The notes beneath the pieces were generated by a model. The model had not been told where the DNA came from and ran no database searches. It worked only from the letters and a program-made list of their open reading frames with translations. From a virus (Duplodnaviria; Caudoviricetes), in the IMG/VR virus record IMGVR_UViG_3300030376_007431, positions 1-64,000 of that record: DNA of 64,000 nucleotides. One strand, written 5' to 3'. Below, piece by piece: positions 26,821 through 35,276 of the stretch (position 1 is the first letter of the stretch; each line of letters starts with the position of its first letter). Made by a program: the position numbers and the translations under genes.

Positions 26821-27731
26821 TGAAAAAAGAAAACTATGCAAGTGCATTTAATGAATATTTAAACGAAACAGGTTACACCGAAGAGCTTACAGAGGAGAAT
26901 TTCTATGTGCCTGCGGAAGCGGAATATGTAGACTTTGGTGAAGATACTGAAGACTGGGATATTGCAGAGGCAAAACCCGGACTTTGGGAAAATATCCGCA
27001 AGAAGAAGGAAAGAGAAGGTAAAAATTATAGGCCTGCTCGCACTGAAAAAGAAGGTAGGCCGAGTCAAGAAGAATTAAAGAAAGCTAAGTCTGATAAGCC
27101 CTCCAAGGGCGATCCTCGAAGAACTCCTGCCCCCAAGAAAGACCAGAAGAAAGGATCTAAAAAGAACAAGCCAGACAGCGCGAAGAACCCAAGCGGCAAG
27201 ATTACTTTTAGCAAAGAGGTAACAAAGCAGTTATCAAATAAGGTTAAAGAACATAATGCTAAAGGCAAAGGTTCAAAGGCTAGTCTTGGGATGTTAAAAG
27301 CTGTATATAGAAGAGGTGCTGGCGCTTATTCTACAAGCCATGCACCAAAGATGAGTCGTCATGGTTGGGCTATTGCTAGAGTAAATGCTTTCCTGACATT
27401 GCTTAGAACTGGCAAGCCATCTAATTCTGCATATAAGCAAGATAATGATCTATTGCCAAAAGGTCATCCTAGAAAATCTAAAGCGGCAGAATATCAAGGT
27501 AGAAAAGTCACTTTGAACAAACCATTTAGAACTCCAGATGGGCCAAAGAAATTTGCGGTATATACTAAGAATGGATCTGGTAAGGTTGTCATTGTACGAT
27601 TTGGCGATCCAAATATGGAGATCAAAAGAGATAATCCAAAAAGAAGAAAAAGTTTTAGAGCAAGACATAAATGTGATACAGCTCCGGGCCCAAAGTGGAA
27701 AGCTCGGTACTGGTCTTGCAGAATGTGGTAA
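26820..27731 (+). CDS. Highly basic multi-module phage protein (possible DNA-condensing or head-associated)
   Basis: Concatenated short modules: GLWENIRKK; KAVYRRGAGAY...WAIARVNAFL; KVTLNKP...KKFAVY...FGDPNM...RRKSFRARHKC...ARYWSC. Confidence 0.6.
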   Translation: MKKENYASAFNEYLNETGYTEELTEENFYVPAEAEYVDFGEDTEDWDIAEAKPGLWENIRKKKEREGKNYRPARTEKEGRPSQEELKKAKSDKPSKGDPRRTPAPKKDQKKGSKKNKPDSAKNPSGKITFSKEVTKQLSNKVKEHNAKGKGSKASLGMLKAVYRRGAGAYSTSHAPKMSRHGWAIARVNAFLTLLRTGKPSNSAYKQDNDLLPKGHPRKSKAAEYQGRKVTLNKPFRTPDGPKKFAVYTKNGSGKVVIVRFGDPNMEIKRDNPKRRKSFRARHKCDTAPGPKWKARYWSCRMW

Positions 27732-27741
27732 AGGAAATTTT

Positions 27742-29040
27742 ATGAATTGTAAAGGTAATCGCAGATCTTTTCTGCATGTTGGTTTTTTGGGTGGGCTAGG
27801 CTTAACTTTATCGGATTACTTCCGAATGGAGAAGCTTCAGGCTGACCAGAAATTTTATGAAAGTATTGAAGGCCCAGCAAAGTCTGTTATTTATATTTAT
27901 TTGCCGGGAGGTTCAGCACATCAAGAGACATTTGATCCTAAACCTTTTGCTCCACTTGAGTACAGAGGGCCAATGTCTAGTATTGAAACAGTAGTTCCCG
28001 GAACTAGGCTTAACGAAATGATGGCTAAAACAGCCAAAGTCACAGACAAGATGACTATCATTCGCAGTATGACTCATGGAGAAGCAGCTCATGAACGAGG
28101 CACACATAATATGTTTACTGGTTATAGACCTAGCCCAGCCCTTCAATACCCATCAATGGGTTCAGTGGTGGCGCACGAGTTTGGCCCTCGCCAAAACCTT
28201 CCTCCATATGTCTGTATCCCAAACCAACCTAATGAATATGCAGGTACTGGATATTTAAGCAGCTCGTTTTCAGGCTTTAGTTTAGGCGCTGATCCAGCAA
28301 GTGATGGATTTCAGGTTCGAGATTTGAAACTACCTAACGGAGTCAATGATGGTAGATTTGGCAGTAGAAGAAAAATGCTTTCCGCAGTCAATGATTACTT
28401 TGCCACTAAAGAAAAGTCAGACTCTTTAGATGCTGTAGATAGTTTCTATGACAGAGCGTATAGTCTAATTAGCAGTGAAAAAGCTAGAGATGCTTTTGAT
28501 ATCAACAAAGAAAGCGATGCAATGCGAGATAAGTATGGTAGAAATACCGCTGGAGCCCGCATGCTTTTAGCTCGACGTTTAGTAGAAGCTGGAACACGTT
28601 TTGTCACGCTCACTTATGGTGGATGGGACATGCACAATAATATAGAAAATGGTATTCGTGGACAAGTACCCGCACTAGATCAAGGGCTTGCGGCTCTTAT
28701 TGAAGACCTTAGTGATAGAGGCATGCTAGACTCAACATTAGTTTGCTTAGCTTCTGAATTCGGTCGCACGCCTAAGATTAATGCAACCGCTGGGCGTGAC
28801 CACTGGCCAAAAGTGTTTAGTGTAGTTATGGCTGGAGGAGGAATACAAAGTGGAATGATTTACGGAAGCTCCAATGCTACAGCAAGTGAGCCAGAAGATA
28901 ATCCAATGACAGTAGAAGACTGGGCAGCTACTATCTATAATAGAATTGGTATTGTTGCTGACAAAGAGCTTATGGCTCCCGGCGATAGACCTATAGAAAT
29001 TGTAGACGGTGGCAAAGTTAGACAAGACTTAATTGTATAA
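27742..29040 (+). CDS. DUF1501-family protein with Tat signal (copy 2)
   Basis: True start probably ATG 27742 (MNCKGNRRSFL); AKSVIYIYLPGGSAHQETFDPKP, HERGTHNMFTG, LLARRLVEAG, GGWDMH, SEFGRTP, GRDHWP. Confidence 0.93.
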   Translation: MNCKGNRRSFLHVGFLGGLGLTLSDYFRMEKLQADQKFYESIEGPAKSVIYIYLPGGSAHQETFDPKPFAPLEYRGPMSSIETVVPGTRLNEMMAKTAKVTDKMTIIRSMTHGEAAHERGTHNMFTGYRPSPALQYPSMGSVVAHEFGPRQNLPPYVCIPNQPNEYAGTGYLSSSFSGFSLGADPASDGFQVRDLKLPNGVNDGRFGSRRKMLSAVNDYFATKEKSDSLDAVDSFYDRAYSLISSEKARDAFDINKESDAMRDKYGRNTAGARMLLARRLVEAGTRFVTLTYGGWDMHNNIENGIRGQVPALDQGLAALIEDLSDRGMLDSTLVCLASEFGRTPKINATAGRDHWPKVFSVVMAGGGIQSGMIYGSSNATASEPEDNPMTVEDWAATIYNRIGIVADKELMAPGDRPIEIVDGGKVRQDLIV

Positions 29041-29050
29041 GGGAAACAAA

Positions 29051-29263
29051 ATGCCTTTACCTAAAAGAAATAAAGATGAGGATGCTAAAAACTTTGTTAA
29101 TCGCTGCATGTCCAGTGATGTCATGAAGGAAGAATATCCTAGTCAACAACAGCGAGTTGCTGTATGTATCAGTCAATCACGAGCCGCTTCTACAGTAGAG
29201 GGTTTAGCCGCTGCTAGTGAAGAGCTTATTTACGAAAATATTAAAAAGGAGACACAACAATGA
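29051..29263 (+). CDS. Small conserved phage module (P.P...FVNRCM...EYP..QQRVAVC)
   Basis: Motif recalled from phage head-associated proteins; ATG 29051. Confidence 0.55.
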   Translation: MPLPKRNKDEDAKNFVNRCMSSDVMKEEYPSQQQRVAVCISQSRAASTVEGLAAASEELIYENIKKETQQ

Positions 29264-29454
29264 AATTTAAAGTACCGCTGATAGCAATTATGATAGTTGC
29301 GGCAATATGTTTCATCAACAAAGAGGAGATAAAAAATATGTTTAGTGGCGATCAACCAGTTATTTGTGAAATATGTGAACCAGAATGTCCATGTCCAGAA
29401 GCAGGTTGCATTTGCGACGTTAATATATGCAAATGTGAAAAGTGCGTTAGTTAA
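29260..29454 (+). CDS. Membrane-anchored or secreted Cys-rich (metallothionein-like) small protein
   Basis: N-terminal hydrophobic helix; 9 Cys in 27 residues at the C-terminus. Confidence 0.6.
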   Translation: MKFKVPLIAIMIVAAICFINKEEIKNMFSGDQPVICEICEPECPCPEAGCICDVNICKCEKCVS

Positions 29455-29539
29455 TTTCGATCTCGACCAAACGGCGAGAGCTAGCATCGAAATCAGTTTT
29501 GGGCGTTCGTTAAAAAGGAATTTATCGGGCGCTCAAACT
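29454..29539 (+). other. Intergenic double hairpin (terminator or candidate cis-regulatory RNA)
   Basis: ATTTCGAT...ATCGAAAT enclosing CTCG-ACC-AAAC-GG-CGAG; second stem AGTTTTGGGCGTTCG / CGGGCGCTCAAACT with G-U pairs. Confidence 0.45.
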
Positions 29540-29559
29540 TAACCAAAGGAGTTAATATA

Positions 29560-29997
29560 ATGAAATATTTAGTAACACTATTATGTTTATTGTTTGTGCC
29601 ATTATCTGCAAACGCAGATCGACCAGAGCGTAAGGTAATCAAACCTCCCCAAGTTGTCAGAAGCCAACCCAGAGAGTTTACAAGACCTCCTGCGGCAAAA
29701 CCCGTACAGAACAAACCTCTGCCAAAAGGATTCGGCGTACCGATTCAACGCCCACAAGGGTTTGGAAAACAGCAGTGGCAGAAACCACAGCCTCAACCTC
29801 AACAACCAAAAGTTCAGACTAAACATAGCTTTGGTTTTTATAATTACTATAGACCCGTGAACCCGCATTTTAGATATTATAGAGTTCCCTCTTATTATCC
29901 CCCTGTGATTATTCAGCCTCCTGTTGTTATTCAACCTCAGCCAATGCCGATTTATCCGGGCCCATTTCATGGTTTCTTTTTTCAATTTAGATTTTAA
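29560..29997 (+). CDS. Secreted Pro/Gln/Tyr-rich low-complexity protein
   Basis: AAAGGAG RBS; signal peptide ending SANA; QPQPQQP and YYRP..YYPP tracts; ends GFFFQFRF. Confidence 0.7.
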   Translation: MKYLVTLLCLLFVPLSANADRPERKVIKPPQVVRSQPREFTRPPAAKPVQNKPLPKGFGVPIQRPQGFGKQQWQKPQPQPQQPKVQTKHSFGFYNYYRPVNPHFRYYRVPSYYPPVIIQPPVVIQPQPMPIYPGPFHGFFFQFRF

Positions 29998-30006
29998 GGT
30001 AATACT

Positions 30007-30579
30007 ATGACAACACAATACGCAAGACCTGATAGTGACATATCTGTTGACTCTTTTGGAGCGTATGGCTGGTTCGCAAGCACTGGCTCCGATCTGTATG
30101 CAATGATAGATGAAGAAGTTGCAGACGATACCGACTATGCGAGATGCCGAGGAAGCAACGCTGAAAGTGGCTATAGATATTACAAGCTAGGTCTGAGCGA
30201 CATTGACGAACCTAGTGACAAGTCTACTTTAAGTATTCGGGTAAGAGTTAGTAATGTAGATGACGCTGGGGATTTACGACTGTATCAAGGCTCTAGTCTG
30301 ATTAAAAGGTTCAACGGTTCTGGCAATGGGTTTGGAACTGGCTCTAAAAGAAATCTTGACTTTGCAATTCCTGAAGCCGATGCAGAAAATATAACAGACT
30401 ATACGGATTTGAATCTTTGGATTGGTATAGATAATGATTCGTATGGTACTGCTTACATCTATCAGGTGTACTTGGAAGCCGGTAGTGCCAGTGGTGGCTC
30501 AACTAGAAAGCAAAATTTGTCTATTATATCTCCCTCTATGGGTATTCAGGGTTTAGGAAATGGTTTTACTTTAGCATAA
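30007..30579 (+). CDS. Beta-rich putative virion/fibre-associated protein
   Basis: YARPDSD...W...LY..IDE...DD.DY pattern and acidic Gly/Ser-rich composition. Confidence 0.4.
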   Translation: MTTQYARPDSDISVDSFGAYGWFASTGSDLYAMIDEEVADDTDYARCRGSNAESGYRYYKLGLSDIDEPSDKSTLSIRVRVSNVDDAGDLRLYQGSSLIKRFNGSGNGFGTGSKRNLDFAIPEADAENITDYTDLNLWIGIDNDSYGTAYIYQVYLEAGSASGGSTRKQNLSIISPSMGIQGLGNGFTLA

Positions 30580-30592
30580 GGACACACGTAAT

Positions 30593-31807
30593 ATGAAGAG
30601 ACGCAACTTTTTAGCTTCTGTAGCGAGCGTAATGTCGCTAGCAGAAACTGTCAAAGCGAATCAAGAAGAGTTGAAAAAAAATGGTAAATCCGCTATCCTG
30701 TTATGGATGGGCGGCGGCCCTTCAACGATGGACATCTGGGACTTAAAATCCGGCGCTCCAACAGGAGGCCCTTTCAGGCCTATAGCTACTAGCGGAGATG
30801 TTCAGATTAGTGAGCATATGCCTTTAATGGCTAAACAAATGCATAACGCCGCCATTATTAGAAGTATGAGTACTCGTGAAGCTGACCATATGCGTGGTCG
30901 TTATTATATGCACACCGGCTACGTTCCTAATCCATCTATTGACCACCCAAGCTATGGGTCTGTCCTATCCCATCAACTCCGACGAAAAGATTTGTCGATC
31001 CCCCAATTCATCTCAGTGGGAGGAGGAAGTATGGGCGCAGGTTTTCTGGGAGCTAAATACAATCCGTTCATGGTAAATAGTGATGGTAGAATTAGAAATC
31101 TAGATATGAAAGTAGATGAAAGATTTTATCAAAGAGCTTACGCTTTAGATGCAATTGAAAATAACTTTATAAACCAGAGAAGAGGATCATTAGCAAAAGA
31201 ACATCAGGCGATCCTTAAAGAGACATTTAATGTTCTAACGAGCGCCCAAATGGATGCGCTTAAAGTAGCTGGTGAACCTGACAATATAAAAGAAAGATAC
31301 GGAGACAATAACTTTGGTAAGGGGTGCTTGATGGCACGGCGTTTAGTCGAAGCAGGAGTACCATTTATTGAAGTTAATCTAGGTGGCTGGGATAATCACC
31401 AGAACATTTTCCCTACATTAAGAGATACGAAACTGCCCATGTTAGATCAAGGCATGAGCGCGCTGTATGAAGATTTAGAGCAGCGTGGGTTATTACAAGA
31501 CACAGCGATTATTTGGATGGGTGAGTTCAGTAGGACTCCTCGTATCAACGGTAATGCTGGTCGTGACCACTGGGCACGAAGCTGGAGTGTTGTCGTTGGC
31601 GGAGCCGGAATGAATGGCGGTATCGCTATTGGCGAAACAAACTCAGATGGTACTCGTGTGGAAACCGAACCATATACATCTCAGGATGTCATGGCTTCCG
31701 TTTGCAAAGCGCTTGGTATTTCTTTGGGTACTACGTTTACTAGCAACAGTGGTAGACCTATGAAAATCGCTAACTCTGGTAAGGTCATAACCGAACTGTT
31801 TGGTTAA
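30593..31807 (+). CDS. DUF1501-family protein with Tat signal (copy 3)
   Basis: MKRRNFL; ILLWMGGGPSTMDIWDLK, DHMRGRYYMHTG, CLMARRLVEAG, GGWDNH, GEFSRTP, GRDHWA. Confidence 0.92.
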   Translation: MKRRNFLASVASVMSLAETVKANQEELKKNGKSAILLWMGGGPSTMDIWDLKSGAPTGGPFRPIATSGDVQISEHMPLMAKQMHNAAIIRSMSTREADHMRGRYYMHTGYVPNPSIDHPSYGSVLSHQLRRKDLSIPQFISVGGGSMGAGFLGAKYNPFMVNSDGRIRNLDMKVDERFYQRAYALDAIENNFINQRRGSLAKEHQAILKETFNVLTSAQMDALKVAGEPDNIKERYGDNNFGKGCLMARRLVEAGVPFIEVNLGGWDNHQNIFPTLRDTKLPMLDQGMSALYEDLEQRGLLQDTAIIWMGEFSRTPRINGNAGRDHWARSWSVVVGGAGMNGGIAIGETNSDGTRVETEPYTSQDVMASVCKALGISLGTTFTSNSGRPMKIANSGKVITELFG

Positions 31808-31811
31808 TCTT

Positions 31812-32108
31812 ATGAAATTTTTTAGAAACGCAGTTTATGTGCTATTTTCTTTATCTTTACTGAATTTAGCGGGCTCTTTCTATATGTATAGACATATAAT
31901 GAATAGGAGCAATATAATAGAGGTTAAAATTCCTATGTCGGAAGACCTCAAGGATCTACCTTTGCATACAAGACTCAGAGATTCACAGATTATGCAAGCG
32001 ATCCTTATGACTCATCACCAACTCGGTATACATGAGCCCGGCTCTCAGCCGATGTGTCCAATGTGTCAAGATTCAGAAATTAAAACTATAACAGTAGAGA
32101 ATAATTAA
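31812..32108 (+). CDS. Membrane-anchored hypothetical protein
   Basis: N-terminal TM helix; C-terminal CPMC. Confidence 0.55.
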   Translation: MKFFRNAVYVLFSLSLLNLAGSFYMYRHIMNRSNIIEVKIPMSEDLKDLPLHTRLRDSQIMQAILMTHHQLGIHEPGSQPMCPMCQDSEIKTITVENN

Positions 32109-32806
32109 TGGCAAGACAACCAAAGAAGAAGCCCGCAACTAGACAACGCCGTAAAATACTTCGACCAAAGACTAGAAATCAAGAAGACTATATGGGTCAC
32201 ATTCATAAGTCTGACGTGACATTCTGTTCAGGGCCAGCAGGCTCAGGAAAGACCAGCGTATCTGTAGGAATGGCCTGTGAATACTTGATCGAGAAAAAGG
32301 TAGATAAAATCATTATCACTAGACCTGTCGTAGAATCCGGTAGAGGTTTAGGCCACCTTCCGGGAACACTAGTTGAAAAAATAAATCCGTATCTAATACC
32401 TATACTAGAAGAGATGAATCACTATCTCACTAGAAATACCGTTGAGACTTACAGAAATAGAAATATTATTGAGTTATGTCCTTTGGAATATATGCGAGGT
32501 AGAAACTTTCATAATTGCTTTATGATACTTGACGAGGCTCAGAATGCCACATTTGAGCAGATTAAAATGTTTATTACTAGAATTGGCAAGGATTCTAAAG
32601 CTGTAATAAATGGAGACTTAAGACAGTCCGATCTAGGTAAACAACAAGGAGGTTTGCATACCTGTATGGAAAAATTAGTTGAGGTCTCCGGTGTAGGAGT
32701 CTGCGAACTTGACTATAGCGATATTGTGCGAAGCGATATTGTCTCCAAGATTCTTATAAGACTAAACAAGAAAGAAGATGACGATGAACCAGTTAAATAT
32801 TTTTAG
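32108..32806 (+). CDS. phoH: PhoH-like ATPase
   Basis: GPAGSGKT, ITRPVVE..GHLPG, PLEYMRGR, ILDEAQN, INGDLRQSD, IVRS. Confidence 0.95.
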   Translation: MARQPKKKPATRQRRKILRPKTRNQEDYMGHIHKSDVTFCSGPAGSGKTSVSVGMACEYLIEKKVDKIIITRPVVESGRGLGHLPGTLVEKINPYLIPILEEMNHYLTRNTVETYRNRNIIELCPLEYMRGRNFHNCFMILDEAQNATFEQIKMFITRIGKDSKAVINGDLRQSDLGKQQGGLHTCMEKLVEVSGVGVCELDYSDIVRSDIVSKILIRLNKKEDDDEPVKYF

Positions 32807-33101
32807 AGGTGTATTCTTAGCAGCTATAGTAGTTATAGGGGTTAGATCCGAATATAATAATCAACAACTCAATCGAAGACTCGGCATCTTAGAAGAGGGT
32901 ATTTTCTACAATCAGGCAGTGCAAAACGACACGTCTATGAAACTTGAAACATTCTTACAGGCCCTCTCTGATGAGCTACCTATAGAGGTTGAAGCTTACG
33001 CTACTGAGACCGCAAAGAAAGTAGCCAGAGAAACAACTATAAGTACATTGCAACAATTCTCTGAAAATTTGAAAAAAATAGATGTCAAACTCGATAAGTG
33101 A
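32778..33101 (+). CDS. Membrane-anchored coiled-coil hypothetical protein
   Basis: N-terminal hydrophobic segment. Confidence 0.55.
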   Translation: MTMNQLNIFRGVFLAAIVVIGVRSEYNNQQLNRRLGILEEGIFYNQAVQNDTSMKLETFLQALSDELPIEVEAYATETAKKVARETTISTLQQFSENLKKIDVKLDK

Positions 33102-33110
33102 TCCTATAAT
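33082..33110 (+). promoter_or_regulatory. Possible sigma-70-like promoter upstream of the FmdB gene
   Basis: ATGTCA (33082-33087), 17-nt spacer, TATAAT (33105-33110). Confidence 0.45.
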
Positions 33111-33137
33111 ATCATAGACTATTTATAGGAGTTACAT

Positions 33138-33476
33138 ATGCCAACTTACGATTATGAATGTAGCCAATGCAGCTACTACGAAGAAGTGTTCCAGAAGTTT
33201 TCTGAAAAGCCTCTCGTAAGATGTCCTCAGTGTAAAAAGCATAAATTCAGAAGAGTTATTCTAAGTGCACCTCACATTTCAGTGAAGGGTGAGCCAGCTA
33301 CAATACAGCACTTAGCAGATAGAAATACCCAGAAAATGGGAAGATATGAGCTAGAATCTAAGATGCAGCAAGACAACATGGAGAAGGTCAAGAAAGACCG
33401 TGAGACTAATGTCTTGAGGAACAAAATTAATAAAATGACGCCAGCTCAGAAGAAAAAATATATAGAGAAAGGTTAA
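33138..33476 (+). CDS. FmdB-family zinc-ribbon protein
   Basis: MPTYDYECSQC...EVFQ...CPQC...RRVI. Confidence 0.85.
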   Translation: MPTYDYECSQCSYYEEVFQKFSEKPLVRCPQCKKHKFRRVILSAPHISVKGEPATIQHLADRNTQKMGRYELESKMQQDNMEKVKKDRETNVLRNKINKMTPAQKKKYIEKG

Positions 33477-33478
33477 TA

Positions 33479-33703
33479 ATGCCTGAAGTTATAAGAGCAG
33501 AGCAGCCCCATAAGGCTAGGATTAGGTTTGCTATAGATGTATTCCCCATGAACCAAGATGGTTCATTGGCGCCGATTCCCGTCAACTCAGAAGAGCTAAG
33601 CAATTATGGTATAACCGACTTTGCGGAGATATTCATTGACGGAATTGATAGACATAATTGTATTAAAAATGTTATTTCTAAATTGGAGAGCTTAAATGGC
33701 TAG
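33479..33703 (+). CDS. Hypothetical protein
   Basis: ORF track; coupled to neighbours. Confidence 0.55.
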   Translation: MPEVIRAEQPHKARIRFAIDVFPMNQDGSLAPIPVNSEELSNYGITDFAEIFIDGIDRHNCIKNVISKLESLNG

Positions 33704-34031
33704 ATGGGAACATGAAGATGTTAGCAATCTAAATCTTCCAGAACCAGACAGCATAAGCCATACTTACTATGGTTCTGATGCATCTGAAACCCAAGAAGAT
33801 TCGGCGTTTGCTAAATTGGCTAACAACAAAGGTTTTAAAACATACTATGTTAAGTATGGAAGGGGCGACCTGCTTGACCCGTTAGGGGCAGATAAAGGTA
33901 AACATAACCGACCATATTTTACATTTAGAAAAGTAGATGAGAAAGTTTTTGGATATTACATGCAATATCTTTCTACGTTGGATAGAATTTTTTTGACAAG
34001 AGCTCGCAGAGCATTAATGGAGAATAGTTAA
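33696..34031 (+). CDS. Hypothetical protein
   Basis: ORF track; coupled to neighbours. Confidence 0.6.
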   Translation: MARWEHEDVSNLNLPEPDSISHTYYGSDASETQEDSAFAKLANNKGFKTYYVKYGRGDLLDPLGADKGKHNRPYFTFRKVDEKVFGYYMQYLSTLDRIFLTRARRALMENS

Positions 34032-34370
34032 ATGACTAAAACAGGACCACTTTCTAAAGAAGAAAAGACTTACATCGAGGACAACAAAACGAAGAGCCCA
34101 GATTCTATCGCTAAAGATTTAGATAGGTCTGAGAGTATTGTTAATAAGCACCTCACAAAAATCAAGCCTGAACAGGAAGATTCTGGACAGGCGGGAGAAT
34201 GGTCTCCACCAAAGGCTGGCGATCAGTTTGCTCGCAATGAAAAATATGGATCTACGGCAATGACCGAAGGGGCATCTATGGCGGGAGATGAAAACAAGAA
34301 AAAGACTGTCAGAGCTATGCCAGACAGAATGAAAGATTATATTTGTGAAATAAAGAGGGACGAAAAATGA
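34032..34370 (+). CDS. Hypothetical protein with N-terminal HTH-like segment
   Basis: LSKEEKTYIEDN...SPDSIAKDLDRSESIVNKHL. Confidence 0.55.
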   Translation: MTKTGPLSKEEKTYIEDNKTKSPDSIAKDLDRSESIVNKHLTKIKPEQEDSGQAGEWSPPKAGDQFARNEKYGSTAMTEGASMAGDENKKKTVRAMPDRMKDYICEIKRDEK

Positions 34371-34876
34371 TATGTACTGTCAGAGATGACTATATCAGAA
34401 AGCTAATCATGGAGGACATTTCCATGACTTGGAAATGCACACTAGACGATGATACTGTTGTCTGGGGTGATTATGAGAGGCCCGGACTAGCCCTAAGCCC
34501 TTGGGCTAGATTGCAGGAATATTGCGAAGAGTCTGGCAGGAATATAGTTAAGATTCAATCCATAGTGATTGGAGCGCCAGAAGAAGTGGTATATGAAGAT
34601 GAAGACGGCCTTGATGGTGTGTTTATTGCTAGAGGTTATTCAAAAGACATAGATATGACCACAGGAGATGGCCCTTCTTATCAGCACCTGACCTTTGGTC
34701 TATTGAATGAAAATTTAAAACAAGTTGACATTAAAAAATATAGCTGGCCTGAATGCGAATTTGTAGATTTTGTTCAGACTAGAAATATCACACAAGAAAA
34801 TCTTTCTTTTATGATTTGGCGAAATGGCGAAACAAAAAAGTCAAACGAGCAAATTCAAGTCACCCTCAACGGGTGA
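34367..34876 (+). CDS. Hypothetical protein
   Basis: ORF track; ATGA overlap. Confidence 0.6.
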   Translation: MICTVRDDYIRKLIMEDISMTWKCTLDDDTVVWGDYERPGLALSPWARLQEYCEESGRNIVKIQSIVIGAPEEVVYEDEDGLDGVFIARGYSKDIDMTTGDGPSYQHLTFGLLNENLKQVDIKKYSWPECEFVDFVQTRNITQENLSFMIWRNGETKKSNEQIQVTLNG

Positions 34877-35276
34877 GTATTGTACTACAGCTCAATACAT
34901 TGCAGAAATACTTATACAGCGCAAAGCAGAGTCCGAAAACAAGGGCTCTCTTGCGTATAAGTTTTGGAACAAAGCCCAAAAATCAGCTTATACAAGACAA
35001 GTACAGTCTGTTAGTAAGTTGATGTCTGAGTTTGGCGAGCGTGCAGTTTTTGATTATATAATAAACAAAAATAAAAAAGTTTACTCTGCAATGCCAAAAT
35101 GGGTTAAAGAAGCAATCCAAAAGCACGCATATTTTCTCAACAGAAAAAAAGAGGCTATAAAAGAGCCCAAGCAGATACGCAAGGAAAGCGTGAACTCTAA
35201 ACCCAGAAAAACATACGGAAAGAAAACACTTTTTTCAAAATTAAGGAGCTCTAATGGCAAGAGTAAAGAAGAATGA
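34824..35276 (+). CDS. Basic hypothetical protein
   Basis: ORF track; precedes recA. Confidence 0.6.
   Translation: MAKQKSQTSKFKSPSTGEYCTTAQYIAEILIQRKAESENKGSLAYKFWNKAQKSAYTRQVQSVSKLMSEFGERAVFDYIINKNKKVYSAMPKWVKEAIQKHAYFLNRKKEAIKEPKQIRKESVNSKPRKTYGKKTLFSKLRSSNGKSKEE

Noticed and set aside
27538-27741. 67-aa N-terminal extension of DUF1501 copy 2 given in the ORF track (similar over-extended starts at 6589, 10669, 16450, 18018, 43907, 47510)
   Set aside because: They overlap the upstream genes; the downstream ATG/TTG starts have RBS or signal-peptide support.
26578-31575. Short nucleotide repeats such as AATGCTGGTCGTGACCA shared between 26.6, 28.8 and 31.6 kb
   Set aside because: They are the conserved NAGRDHW codons of the DUF1501 paralogues, not a repeat array or CRISPR.
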